A stretch of DNA of 64,000 nucleotides from Phaeosaccion multiseriatum (lineage: Eukaryota; Protista; Ochrophyta, other classes): contig OZ218953.1 of assembly GCA_965112735.1 (NCBI GenBank), positions 1,054,001-1,118,000 of the forward strand. The letters run 5' to 3'. Shown piece by piece: positions 25,300 through 37,285 of the stretch. The translations under genes and the position numbers were made by a program. A model generated the notes under the pieces. The model had not been told where the DNA came from. It did no database searches and saw nothing but the letters and a program-made list of their open reading frames with translations. How positions within the stretch are numbered: the stretch's first letter is position 1; each line of letters starts with the position of its first letter.

Positions 25300-25933
25300 C
25301 AGTCCACGTGTGGACAGTGCGGTAGTGTGGTAGCGTGAGGAAATGGATAACGAGCCATGCGTAGGAGCTAGGAGGGAGAGAAGGGAAGTAGATTGAGAGG
25401 GATTAATAATAAAGAGGGTTGAGAATGTGCACTGCAGACTCGAGCACAGCAGAGAGCAAGAGAAATCCCTCCAGTGGGGAGCGCGCCGCTCGGAGCCTTC
25501 CGGCCTCCACCGGCCCGCCCCTCGGCCCGCCCCTCGGCCCGCCTCGGCCCGCCTCGGAGGTTGTTGCTTTTTTTTTGGAAAAGTTTTCCCACGACTGTCC
25601 ATGACTGTTGCTGTGCGGCTGATCATTGGGCTGACGCGCGGAGACACCGGCAGGCAGGCCTACCGGCCAGGGTTCGTGTGACGAGCGGCGCTGAACGGCC
25701 CTTAGAAAGTAAAATGACTGTTCAAAATTCGGGTGAAAAGAAGAGCACGTCGACATGCGTGGCAAGGGAAAAGTCGAGCTACTCGAAAGTTTTGAAAGGG
25801 ACGTTATAAATTTTGGGGGAAGCTTCTCGCGTGAGGCCCAGCTTCGTCTTGCGTCTGTCTCTCTCTCTCTCTCTCTCTCACAAGTTCAGAGTTGCCACCT
25901 TGCTTCTTTGGGTGGAGTTGCTCGGATTGCACT

Positions 25934-26195
25934 ACTATATAAACGGCAAAGGACGGAGAGGTGAGTGCAGGGCGGAGGAGGAGTAGGCGAGGAGTGTTGA
26001 GGCGGATGAGAGAGTCTATTTGAGAATTCGTACCCACGGCAGCAACAGCCTGAACCACCACCCAGCACGAGGAGCCTGCAACTGCTGTCCTTCGTTGAGG
26101 ACTGCCTCGCACTGAGGGCTCACAGCACTTCCTTTTACCCTCGTTTAACCCAACCCCTCCATCTTGTTGCAACCTGTGCATTGACACACCAACAG
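25934..26195 (+). promoter_or_regulatory. TATA box (CTATATAAA, ~25935-25943) and 5'UTR intron (25961-26195) of lectin paralog A
   Basis: TATA is followed by GAG|GTGAGT and later CAACAG|. Paralog B has a homologous donor at 31973 and an acceptor at 32215. Confidence 0.5.
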
Positions 26196-26218
26196 GGGGA
26201 GAAAACCCAACAGCGAAG

Positions 26219-29200
26219 ATGATGGATTCGAGGGCGATCTTCCTCGGTGTGGGTCTTCTGGCCGTGGGCGTGCAGTCCATCACCCCGACGGACTCCGTCT
26301 GCGCGGACCAGGTCCTCCTGCAAGATGTGCAGAGGGGAAAGAGCGCCTTTTATTCGGACTGTGACGGAGTCATCCCCCCTACAACTGGGTGCTACGACCG
26401 TGGCCAGTGGGCCAATGAGGAGAACCCGAACTACGGTGCGTAGCGGTGGAGGGCAGGCAATTAAGGGTTACAGTTGCAACACTCTCCTCGAAAGCTGCTC
26501 TCACGCACATCCCTCCTCCCCCACGGTACAATCAACCCCAACCCGCTGCACCTCTACAGGGTGCCAAACGTGCATTGTGCAAGAGGAGTGGGCAGCCGAG
26601 TCGCTCTATGCAGTGGCGTGGGGGCCCGGCGGCTCACAGGAGGGCGACGGCATGCAGCCATGCCCGGCCGGCTTCGACCACGGGGCGTTCCACACAGCAA
26701 AGTACGGAGCTATCGAGGTTGTGACAGCGGCTGCGCTGCAGGGCACCGGGGAGTGCGACGAGTACCCTGCGGGGACCTTCTACAACGAGGCTGAGAACAG
26801 GTCCGTCTTATGTCATTCGTGGGAGGGGAAGAGGGAGGGAGAGGGAGAGGCAGGGCTTGCATTAGGATCTCCAGTGGACTCTTGTGGGAAACATACCGCC
26901 CACCCCCCGACTCACCACGCTCTGTTACCTTCCCTCCAGGTGCTACTTTAAATCCACGAGGTCCACCCTCTCTACCAGCTGGGACCAGGCAGTTATCCTT
27001 TGCGAGAGCATGGGCGGTGCTCTCGTGGCCATCAACAGCGAAGCGGAGTTCGACTGGTTCGTCTCCACCCTCCTCTGGCCGGGGTTCATGGGCGAGACCT
27101 TCACAGGACTCAACAAGGCCAACGGAGGCACATACGAGTATGTGCAATCCGACCTCATCACGCAGCCCTCGAGCTTCGACGCCGCTGACGTCAACTCCTG
27201 GTCGGTCGGCGCCGGAACTGGCCCCTGGTTCCCACCTTTCGACGAGAGCACGGAGTGTGAGTACCGCCCACCTTTAACTCAGACGGGCATGTGTGTGTGT
27301 GTGTGTGTGCTGCCTGCTTTGTCTCTATCTTTCACTTGACTAAGCAATCGACTCGACTGTACCCCCGCAATGATCGCTCTCAGACGCCGATCCCAACCCG
27401 GTACCCAGGACGTGTGTGGAGTACTACCCTATGTACCCCAAGCTCTTCAAGTGAGTCAGGGAGGGAGCGAACGGAGTGACTGGGGAGTGAGGGAGTGGAT
27501 GACTGACTGACTGGGTGGGGTGGGTGAGTGAGTGAGTGAATTGATGTGTGCACTTCCAGTCATGTCATCATTCGTCCACCTGTCCCTCGCAGAACGCCCG
27601 AACCCACTCTGACACATTAACCCCCCCCCCCTCCCCTTCCGTTGTTGTCTATCGTCTGCTGCCGCCCCGCCCCCAACCCGACCGCAAACCATCGGCGTCA
27701 CTCCTCCCTCTCCTCTCCAGCCCCTTCTCGTGCCGAGTCAGTAAGTAGTGGAAAGGAGGGGCGGGGTGTTCGGAACCGGAAAAGGGGGAAGCTCGCCTTT
27801 GCTCGAACATGGACCTTTCATTCAGGCTTTCAGAAACGCTCTCGCTCTCGCCGTGCAGTGCGCTGACACTGTTTCCCCCTCCCTTCCCTTCCCTCGTCCG
27901 TTCCGTCCCATCGACAAACCCTCCCTCCTCCTCCTCCTCCCCCTCCCCCTCCTAATACCGCAGACAAGCAGTACTCGTGTGAGCTTCCTTCCGCCTCCTG
28001 CAGGGCCTCTGGAAACCTCAATTGCGCGGCGGAAGGTCCTTCACCCACTCCTACCTCCCCCCCTGTAGCAGCACCAACCGCCACTCCTACCTCTCCCCCT
28101 GTGGCGGCACCCACCGCCACGCCTACCTCTCCCCCTGTAGCAGCACCCACCGCCACTCCTACCTCCTCCCCTGTAGCTGCACCCACCGCCACTCCTACCT
28201 CTCCCCCTGTAGCAGCACCCACCGCCACTCCTACCTCCCCCCCTGTAGCTGCACCAACCGCCACCCCTACCTCCCCTCCTGTAGCAGCACCCACCGCCAC
28301 TCCTACCTCCCCTCCTGTGGCGGCACCCACGGCCACTCCTACCTCTCCCCCTGTGGCGGCACCCACGGCCACTCCTACCTCTCCCCCTGTGGCGGCACCC
28401 ACCGCCACTCCTACCTCTCCCCCTGTGGCGGCACCCACCGCCACTCCTACCGGAGGGGCTGACGCGTGCTCTGCCCTGTGCTCTGAGTTCGAGCCGTGCT
28501 ACACTGAGCCTCTGTGCAGCGGCGGTGTGAGTCTCGGATGCGGTGCCCTCGGCTCGGCCAACTGCAGGTGAGAGGAGGGATGGAAAAGGAAGGAAGGAAG
28601 GAAGGAAGGAGGTTGATGCTCCTCTCCTCTTGTTGAATCAACCCTGTGCCCTCCCGTTGCCGTGAATCCCATCAGCGTGGACTTGTGTGCCTACACGGTA
28701 GTCAGCAGAGTAGACCGTTTCCTCACCCATACGCTTGTTTCCTCACCTGTGTGCTCACCCCAATCGTGTCATGAACCCCCCCCCCCCCCCCCCCCCCAGA
28801 TTCTGCGGCTTCGGATCCTTCTCTGGCGTCCCCTGCCCCGGCTCGGGCTCCACCTCCGCCCCCGCGGCCGCCCCCACTCCCGCTGCCACCTCTGCACCTG
28901 TGGCCGGCCCCACCCCCACCTCTGCCCCTGTGACAGCACCCACTCCTACTGGCGTGGTGGAGGAGTGCGCTCCCCTTTGCTCTGAGTCAGAGCCGTGCTA
29001 CACTGAGCCTAGGTGCACCATGGTGGGCGGTGTGAGCCTTGGATGCGGCGCCCTTGGCGAGGCCAACTGCAGGTGAGAGAAGGAGGAGGGAGATATGCCG
29101 TTGTTTGTTAGGTATGCTTCCCTCGTGTCAGTCACCCAATCCATCCTCTGCCATCCACTGCCCTTCCCTGCCTTTCCCTCCGGCTGATGTCCCCCCACCC

Positions 29201-30407
29201 ATCCATGCACGGCTTGTTTCTCACCCAATGCACTCCCTCCTTTCTGTGGTCGTGAAGGTTCTGCGGCTTCGGACCCTTTGCTGCCATCCCCTGTTCGGGC
29301 TCGGGCTCCACCTCCGCCCCTGCGGCCGCCCCCACTCCCGCTGCCACCTCCCCCCCTGTGGCCGGCCCCACCCCCACCTCCACCCCTGTGGCGGCACCCA
29401 CTGCCACACCCACCGGAGGGGCTGACGCGTGCTCTGCTCAGTGCTCTGAGTTCGAGCCGTGCTACACTGAGCCTCTGTGCGGCAGTGGTGTGAGTCTCGG
29501 ATGCGGTGCCCTTGGCTCGGCCAACTGCAGGTGAGTGGAGGGATGGAGAAGGCTATGGATAAAGTGAAAACGGCCTGCTCAAAGCAAGAAGCACCAAGGC
29601 CGGCCTGTCTCACATTCAAAGGTTTCAACTTTAGAAGCCCTGGAGGCGGATGGATGCAACGCCGTCTCAACTCTCTCTCTCTCCGTCCCTCTCCACCTCC
29701 TCTCCTCTCCCTCCCTTCCTTCCCGCCTACCCCCCACGTTCCCACCCCTCTACGCGCTATAACACCGTCCCTTACGTGTGGCTCACCTCGTCTTCTCTCT
29801 TCCTTATCTTCTCCTCCAGATTCTGCGGCTTCGGATCATTTGCTGCCATCCCCTGCTCGGCCTCGGCCTCTGCCTTCCCCCCTACGACCGCCCCCACTCC
29901 CGCTGCCACCTCTGCACCTGTGGCCGGCCCCACCCCCACCTCTGCCCCTGTGACAGCACCCACTCCTACTGGCGTGGTGGAGGAGTGCGCTCCCCTTTGC
30001 TCCGAGGCCCAGCCGTGCTACACTGAGCCTAGGTGCACCATGGTGGGCGGTGTGAGCCTTGGATGCGGCGCCTTTGGCGAGGCCAACTGCAGGTGAGAGG
30101 AGTGAAGGGGAAAGGAGGGCTTACGTAGGGTGATGTAATGTCGCAGGAAGTACCCCTTGGGGCTTTCATGCGGGCGGAGGGGAAAGCTGGTGATTGTGTG
30201 TTGGCTGTTGTATATTGACTGTCCGTCCCCTATATTATATATATTATAATACGATGGAATGAAGAAGGGGTATGTTTTTGTTTTCAAACGCGCTTTGCTA
30301 ACTTACTTCTGCTCCTCCCTCCCTCCCTCCCCCTCGTATTCGCCTCTTGCGTGCTCCCCCTCCCTAGGTTCTGCGGCTTTGGTCCCTACGCCGACATTGA
30401 GTGCTGA
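26219..30407 (+). CDS. Secreted protein, paralog A: signal peptide, Cys-rich N-domain, C-type lectin-like domain, Pro/Thr mucin linker, four 8-Cys modules. Exons 26219-26435, 26560-26800, 26940-27256, 27384-27450, 27721-27740, 27964-28567, 28800-29072, 29258-29530, 29820-30092, 30368-30407
   Basis: Signal MMDSRAIFLGVGLLAVGVQS. CTLD motifs RCY..SWDQAVILCESMGGALVAINSEAE..FTGL..CVEY..FNPFSCRVNKQYSCE. About 11 copies of SPPVAAPTATPT. All phases close to TGA at 30405-30407. Confidence 0.85.
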
Positions 30408-30924
30408 GACCGCTTGCTTCCTTTCCCGACCAGCAATACCGGCAAGTAAGCGGTACAAGCAGCGATTGATGCCCGCAGAAGTGCCAGGGCACGGCAGCGC
30501 CCCTCTCACTGTGGCATAGGAGAATATCCTATGATGCGGATGGATGAGTGAGTCATTGTGTGAGTGAGTGAGCGAGTGAGGAAATGAAAGGAGAGAAGCA
30601 ACAGGTGATATATGGCCCTTCCCTCTTTTTATGTACGTGAAAGAGGGGCGTGAGGATGGACGGAGATTGGCAGGATGTCTTGATATCAGCCTAGAGAAAA
30701 CGAGGAACGGAGACTTGCGTAGAGCAGCAAGCAATGTGAACGTGATTAAAAGGTGAAGATTGTGTGGGATAGGATGGGGTCTGGCCAGATGTCTTGGTAT
30801 CTGCCTGGTGGGGAGAATTTAAAAAATAGAATAGGAATCACCTTTTAGAAACTGAAAGTGTGGTGAGGAGAAGTAGAGCAGCAAGCAAAGGTGGAAGAAG
30901 ATTTTGTGTGTGTATGTGTGTGTT

Positions 30925-31091
30925 GGGGGGGTCTCCCTTAGTGAGACAAACAATGCTTATAAAGCCATAATCAGTAATCAGGCCCGGCTGGCGCCATAAT
31001 CAGTAATCAGGCCGGCTGGCGCCGGCAGTAATCAGTAATCAGGCCGGCTGCGCCGGCCGTAATCAGTAATCTGATAACCTCTTCCAGGGCC
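30925..31091. mobile_element. Putative non-autonomous element or iteron cassette: 4x TAATCAGTAATCWG separated by GCCGGC palindromes
   Basis: Copies at 30968, 30997, 31029 and 31060. GTCTC/GAGAC hairpin at 30931-30947. Class unknown; no transposase in the window. Confidence 0.45.
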
Positions 31092-31109
31092 GATTAGAAG
31101 GGTGTGTTT

Positions 31110-31545
31110 GTTACTGTAAGAGACACCTTACCTCCAAGACACCTCCGTTTTAGAGACACCCAAACTCCTTCCCTCCCACCCCAAACAACTGTTTTAACGA
31201 GGGTAACGCGATGCGCAGGTTTTTTCGAATGTTCAAACCCGCTCAGACCCACAAGTTGAATGCCGGTCTCGCGGGGTCCTGCACCCCCCATCAAGTTCAG
31301 TTCTATGGCCCTGCAACATGTGAAAGTTTAGGAAACTGAAACTCTTGTTCCTTACGTAAGAGAGGTCACTCACCTCCAAGACACCACCATATTAGAGACG
31401 CCCAAACGACCCCCCCCCCCTTCCACCCCAAACAACTGTTTTAGCGAGTTTGAACATGCGTATCGTGTTGTCCTGGTCGAGACAAGTCGAATGCCGGCAT
31501 CGTTGCCTCCTGCAACGTCTATGGCCCTGCAGCGTGTGGAGGCCT
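31110..31545. repeat. Diverged ~245-bp direct duplication between the lectin paralogs
   Basis: ACCTCCAAGACACC, TTAGAGAC, CCACCCCAAACAACTGTTTTA, ACAAGTyGAATGCCGG and CTATGGCCCTGCA each occur twice in the same order. Confidence 0.85.
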
Positions 31546-32256
31546 AACAAACTGCTATGTGGGTCTTTCATAAGGGTGTCTTGCAGCCCAGAGGGCGGTC
31601 CCCCCCTCCCCCCCCTCCCCCTAAAGTGCCTGTATCGCCGAGTTGAGCAATTTTTTTTTTTGTGGCTGCAATACGCCAATCGGTGAGTGGGTTCTCTTAA
31701 GGGCCAGGAAGTCTTACATAAGGGTTGGCTTTTATGCAGTCGTCGTCTGATTGCACCCATATGACATGGGAGGGGCTCTCTCACGTGAATGGTCCCGCCA
31801 GAAATTGCTCCTCGCCTTCGGATCCCCCGATTTCCCTTTGTTGACAGTGTGGTGGGGCCTGTTGTGAACACGGAATTGCCCATGCACAGAGTTAGAGCAC
31901 ACATCAAGTGATCAGGAGGGCCGAGAAGTTGAGACGCAGACTTCCAGGCACAAAAACGAGCAGAGAAGGGAGGTGAGTGAAGCGCAGGAGGGACGCAAGG
32001 GTGCGACGGGAGCAAGGCCCCCGACCGAAAAGGGAGAAAAAATGTGGAAGGGTTCAAGCGTTAAAAGGGTCACGATATATATATATATAACCAGCCCGCT
32101 TGCCCCGCAGCACAACACCGAATCTACAACATTTCTGTGGGACAGCGTTACCCCCCCCCCTCACCCTCCTCCGTCTCTTGAAAAACCTCACCATCCCGTT
32201 CCATCACAACACAGCTGATAACCAGTCTGAGGGTATCTCACGGAAACAAGACAGTG

Positions 32257-35200
32257 ATGATGGACAAGGTGATTCACCTCGGTGTGGGTCTCCTGACCGT
32301 GGCCGTGAGCGTGCAAGCCCAGTCGGACTCCGTCTGCGCGGACCAGGTCCTCCTGCAAGATGTACAGAGGGGAAAGAGCGCCTTTTATTCGGACTGTGAC
32401 GGAGTCATCCCACCGACGACCGGGTGCTACGACCGTGGCCAGTTTCAGTCGGAGGAGAACCCGAACTACGGTGCGTGAGGGCCCAAACCCTTTCACATCC
32501 CAGTTGCAGCACTGGAGGGGAAGGAATCAAGGAGGAAGGCTGCCCGATCTCGCCTCCACCCTCGTATTCTCTCACAAACCGTACATGTTCCGATATTCCG
32601 ACTGCTAACACAACACGCAGGGTGCCAAACGTGCATTGTGCAGGAGGAGTGGGCGGCCGAGTCGCTCTACGCAGTGGCGTGGGGGCCCGGTGGCTCACAG
32701 GAGGGCGACGGCATGCAGCCATGCCCGGCCGGCTTCGACCACGGGGCGTTCCACACAGCAAAGTACGGAGCCATCGAGGTTGTGACAGCAGCTTCGCTGC
32801 AGGGCACCGGGGAGTGCGACGAGTACCCTGCGGGGACCTTCTACAACGAGGCTGAGAACAGGTCCGTCTTATTCTTGTGGAAGAAAGTGCACTCTCTCAA
32901 ATGGAAGCGTTCCTTGCTCCACACTAGGCCCGCCTTCTCCTGACCCTCCCCTCGCAATCTCCTCCTCCTCCTCCTCCTCCTCCTCCTCCTCACCCACCCA
33001 CCTAACTCCCCTCCAGGTGCTACTTTAAATCCACGAGGACCACCCTCTCCACCAGCTGGGACCAGGCAGTCGGCATCTGTGACGCCATGGGGGGTGCCCT
33101 CGTGGCCATCAACAGCGAGTCCGAGTTCAACTGGTTTGTCTCCAACCTTCTGTGGGCAGGCTTCATGGGCGAAACGTTCACGGGACTCAACAAGGCCAAC
33201 GGAGGCACGTACTCTTATGTGCAATCCGACCTCATCACGCAGCCCTCGAGCTTCGACGCCGCTGACGTCAACTCTTGGTCGGTCGCCGGCGGAGGGGGCC
33301 CCTGGTTCCCACCTTTCGACGAGAGCACTGACTGTGAGTACACAGCCCACTCTCCTGCTTGGTCTCTATCAACGTCTTCGCCGATCGACTCGATTAAATC
33401 CTTACTGCCTCCTGCTGTTTCACTTGACTAAGCAACCGACTCGACTGTACCCCTGCAATGATCGCTCTCAGACGCCGATCCCAACCCGGTACCCAGGACA
33501 TGTGTGGAGTACTACCCTATGTACCCCAAGCTCTTCAAGTGAGTCAGGGAGGGAGCGAACGGAGTGACTGGGGAGTGAGGGAGTGGATGACTGACTGACT
33601 GAGTGGGTGGGGTGGGTGAGTGAGTGAGTGAGTGAGTGAATTGATGTGTGCACTTCCAGTCATGTCATCATTCGTCCACCTGTCCCTCGCAGAACGCCCC
33701 AACCCACTGTGACACATTCACCCCCCCCCTCCCCTTCCGTTGTTGTCTATCGTCTGCTGCCGCCCCGCCCCCAACCCGACCGCAAACCATCGGCGTCACT
33801 CCTCCCTCTCCTCTCCAGCCCCTTCTCGTGCCGAGTCAGTAAGTAGTGGAAAGGAGGGGCGGGGTGTTCGGAACTGGAAAAGGGGGGGGAAGGGGCTTGC
33901 CTTTGCTCGAACATGGAGTTTTCATGGTTTCGCTCTCGCCCGGTGTACACTCTACTGACGCATTTCTTGTGCCCTCTCCTCCCCCTCCCCCTCCCAACAC
34001 CGCAGACAAGCAGTACTCGTGCGAGCTCCCGTCCGCCTCCTGCAAGGCCTCTGGAAACCTCAATTGCTCCGGCGGCGGAGGCGGACCAGGGCCCACCCCT
34101 CCTACCTTCCCCCCTGTGGCGGCTCCTACCTCCCCCCCTGTCGCTGCGCCTACCTCTCCCCCTGTCGCTGCTCCTACCTCTCCCCCTGTGACGGCACCAA
34201 CCCCTAGCACTGGGGGGTCGGACGAGTGTGCTTCCCTTTGCTCTGCCTCTGAGCCGTGCTACACTGAACCTCTGTGCACCGGTGGCGGTGCGAGCCTCGG
34301 ATGCTCCGCTCTTGGCGAGGCCAACTGCAGGTGAGAGGAGGAGAAGGAGAAGGAGGGGGAAAGATGCCTGTCGTGTGCAATCTAAACCCTGTTCCCTCGC
34401 TTAGTCATGCATCCCCCTCCGCACGTGACTCACTCCTTACGTACCCCTTACGTACGCGGTGTGCAGCATAGGAGACTGTTACATCAAGCAGAGCACACGC
34501 TCCATTCGACTTGTCATGCCACAGGGCTTGTTTCTCCCCCACACGCTTGTTTCTCACCACAACCCCCACCCCCCCCCCCCCCAGATTCTGCGGCTTCGGT
34601 CCCTTCGCGGGTATCGCTTGCCCCGGCTCCGGCGGCTCCACTCCCACTCCCGCTGCCACCTCTCCCCCTGTGGCCGGCCCCACCCCCACCTCTCCCCCTG
34701 TGACGGCACCAACCCCTAGCACTGGGGGGTCGGACGAGTGTGCTTCCCTTTGCTCTGCGTCAGAGCCGTGCTACACTGAACCTCTGTGCACCGGTGGCGG
34801 TGCGAGCCTCGGCTGTGGCGCCCTTGGCGAGGCCAACTGCAGGTAAGAGAAGGAGGAGAAGAGAAGAAGGAGAAGGAGCGAGGCGCTTGCTCTATCGCTC
34901 TTCCTTGTTCCATGCAGCCATGATGCAGTGCCATCCGAAGAGATGACGCCACCCTCCCCTTCTAGGGGGTGTGGTTGTACCCGTAATCCTCACGCATGCT
35001 CCCTCCAATGGTATATTGTTTTCAAACTTGCATGAATGAGCAGGTTCTGTGGCTTTGGAGGCTTTTCCGGCATCGCCTGCCCCGGCTCGGGCTCCACCTC
35101 CCCCCCCGCGGCCGCCCCCACTCCCGCTGCCACCTCTGCACCTGTGGCCGGCCCCACCCCCACCCCCCCCCCTGTGACGGCACCCACTGCCACACCCACC

Positions 35201-35634
35201 CCTTCTGGTGGAGGAGCGGACGAGTGCGCTTCCCTTTGCTCTGCCTCTGAGCCATGCATCACCGAGCCCCGGTGTACAATGGCCGGTAGCGGTGTGAGCC
35301 TCGGATGCAACGCTCTCGGCGAGGCCAACTGCAGGTAAGAGGAGGAGGAGGAGGAGGAGGAGGAGGAGGTAGATGCAATGAGATGCAATGAGATGCAATG
35401 CGGTGCTGTGGTGCATGGGGATGGTGTCACAAAAGAAAAAGAAGTATTGGGTACAATATATCCGATGCATTGGGTACCTTCGCGAAGAGGATGCATCGGC
35501 CCAGGCGCGAGGAACCGGAGTACTAAAGCGCTTTTGTGTCTCACCCTCTACCCCCCCCCCCCCTCCCTCTCCCTCCCCTGTGTGAAAATCTCAGATTCTG
35601 CGGCTTTGGACCCTTTGCCGGCATCGATTGCTGA
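32257..35634 (+). CDS. Secreted protein, paralog B, same architecture with three 8-Cys modules. Exons 32257-32470, 32621-32861, 33017-33333, 33472-33538, 33819-33838, 34006-34330, 34585-34842, 35044-35334, 35595-35634
   Basis: Collinear with paralog A, with identical intron positions and phases including the 20-nt microexon. Ends FCGFGPFAGIDC-stop. Confidence 0.85.
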
Positions 35635-36427
35635 GACATTTGAGGCCTTCCCGGCCAGGCCAACGAGCGGAGGCAGACAGACAGACTTTGTCTGTCCCTT
35701 GTAACTGTCACATGTGACTTTCGAACTCTGACTTTTTGTTGCACCAGTTGGTCATTTGTTTAATACTTCAAAAAAGGAATGAAGAGGGGTATGGCGAAGA
35801 TGTCTTGATATCTGCCAAGGAAGAGAGGAAAGGTGATGTTCTTCTGACGTCACCTGTGTTTGTGTGTGGGTGAGGGTGTGAGTGCGGGTGTGGGTGCGGG
35901 TGCGTACCTCCCTTCCGGAGAGGGCACACGTCGCCGCACACCGCTATTTATTGTACATTAATTTTTTAATTAAAAAAAAAAAGAACTGGTCAACTTCTCT
36001 TTCGTATTGCAATTTGTTGATGTATATTGTTTTCTCGATTATGGGGTGGGGTGCGTTGCTTCTGCTTCGCTCACCAACTCACTCACTCACTCACTCACTC
36101 ACTCACTCACTCACTCACTCACTCACTCACTCACTTACTCGCTCACTTACTCACTTTCTAACTCATTCACTCTCACTCACGCACGCACGCACGCACGCAG
36201 TTCGTTACTCTAATGGTACATACATACACAAAGAAAAAAAAAAGAACAATACATATCCGTATAGATGGGCCTATGATGGTGTTGCCCGGGTTTTCAGTCG
36301 ACCCAATCGACGACGACGGTTGAAAACTGGCGCTACGACCCCACAGGCTATCAGAGGCCATTCCGCCCGCTGACAGAGGGGGGCAGTGGACCATGTCGCT
36401 CTGGTCCCTGAATATTGGGACTGGGGC

Positions 36428-37182
36428 CATCCATCCATCCATCCATCCATCCATCCATCCATCCATCCATCCATCCATCCATCCATCCATCCATCCATCC
36501 ATCCATCCATCCATCCATCCATCCATCCATCCATCCATCCATCCATCCATCCATCCATCCATCCATCCATCCATCCATCCATCCATCCATCCATCCATCC
36601 ATCCATCCATCCATCCATCCATCCATCCATCCATCCATCCATCCATCCATCCATCCATCCATCCATCCATCCATCCATCCATCCATCCATCCATCCATCC
36701 ATCCATCCATCCATCCATCCATCCATCCATCCATCCATCCATCCATCCATCCATCCATCCATCCATCCATCCATCCATCCATCCATCCATCCATCCATCC
36801 ATCCATCCATCCATCCATCCATCCATCCATCCATCCATCCATCCATCCATCCATCCATCCCTCCCTCCCTTCCTCCCTCCCTCCATCCATCCATCCCTCC
36901 CTCCCCTCCCTCCCTCCCCTCCCTCCCTCCCTCCCTCCCTCCCTCCCTCCCTCCCTCCCTCCCTCCCTCCCTCCCTCCCTCCCTCCCTCCCTCCCTCCCT
37001 CCCTCCCTCCCTCCCTCCCTCCCTCCCTCCCTCCCTCCCTCCCTCCCTCCCTCCCTCCCTCCCTCCCTCCCTCCCTCCCTCCCTCCCTCCCTCCCTCCCT
37101 CCCTCCCTCCCTCCCTCCCTCCCTCCCTCCCTACCTCCCTCCCTCCCTCCCTCCCTCCCTCCCTCCCTCCCTCCCTCCCTCC
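36428..37182. repeat. Compound microsatellite: (CATC)n ~430 bp then (CCCT)n ~320 bp
   Basis: Directly visible. Confidence 0.97.
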
Positions 37183-37285
37183 CAGTGCTACTGCATGCTA
37201 ACACCAAGCCGAAGGTCAGCAAGAACGCTTACACTCCAGCCCGTCCAGCAACCCGCTCAGCAGATTGGCAGTGATATAAGGATGA

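Noticed and set aside
27830-28444. Antisense (GVAVGAATGGEV)n ORF
   Set aside because: It is the shadow of the Pro/Thr linker of lectin paralog A.
30968-31073. CRISPR or tRNA-like locus
   Set aside because: Repeats are only 14 nt with near-identical 15-18 nt spacers; no cloverleaf or A/B boxes recognised.
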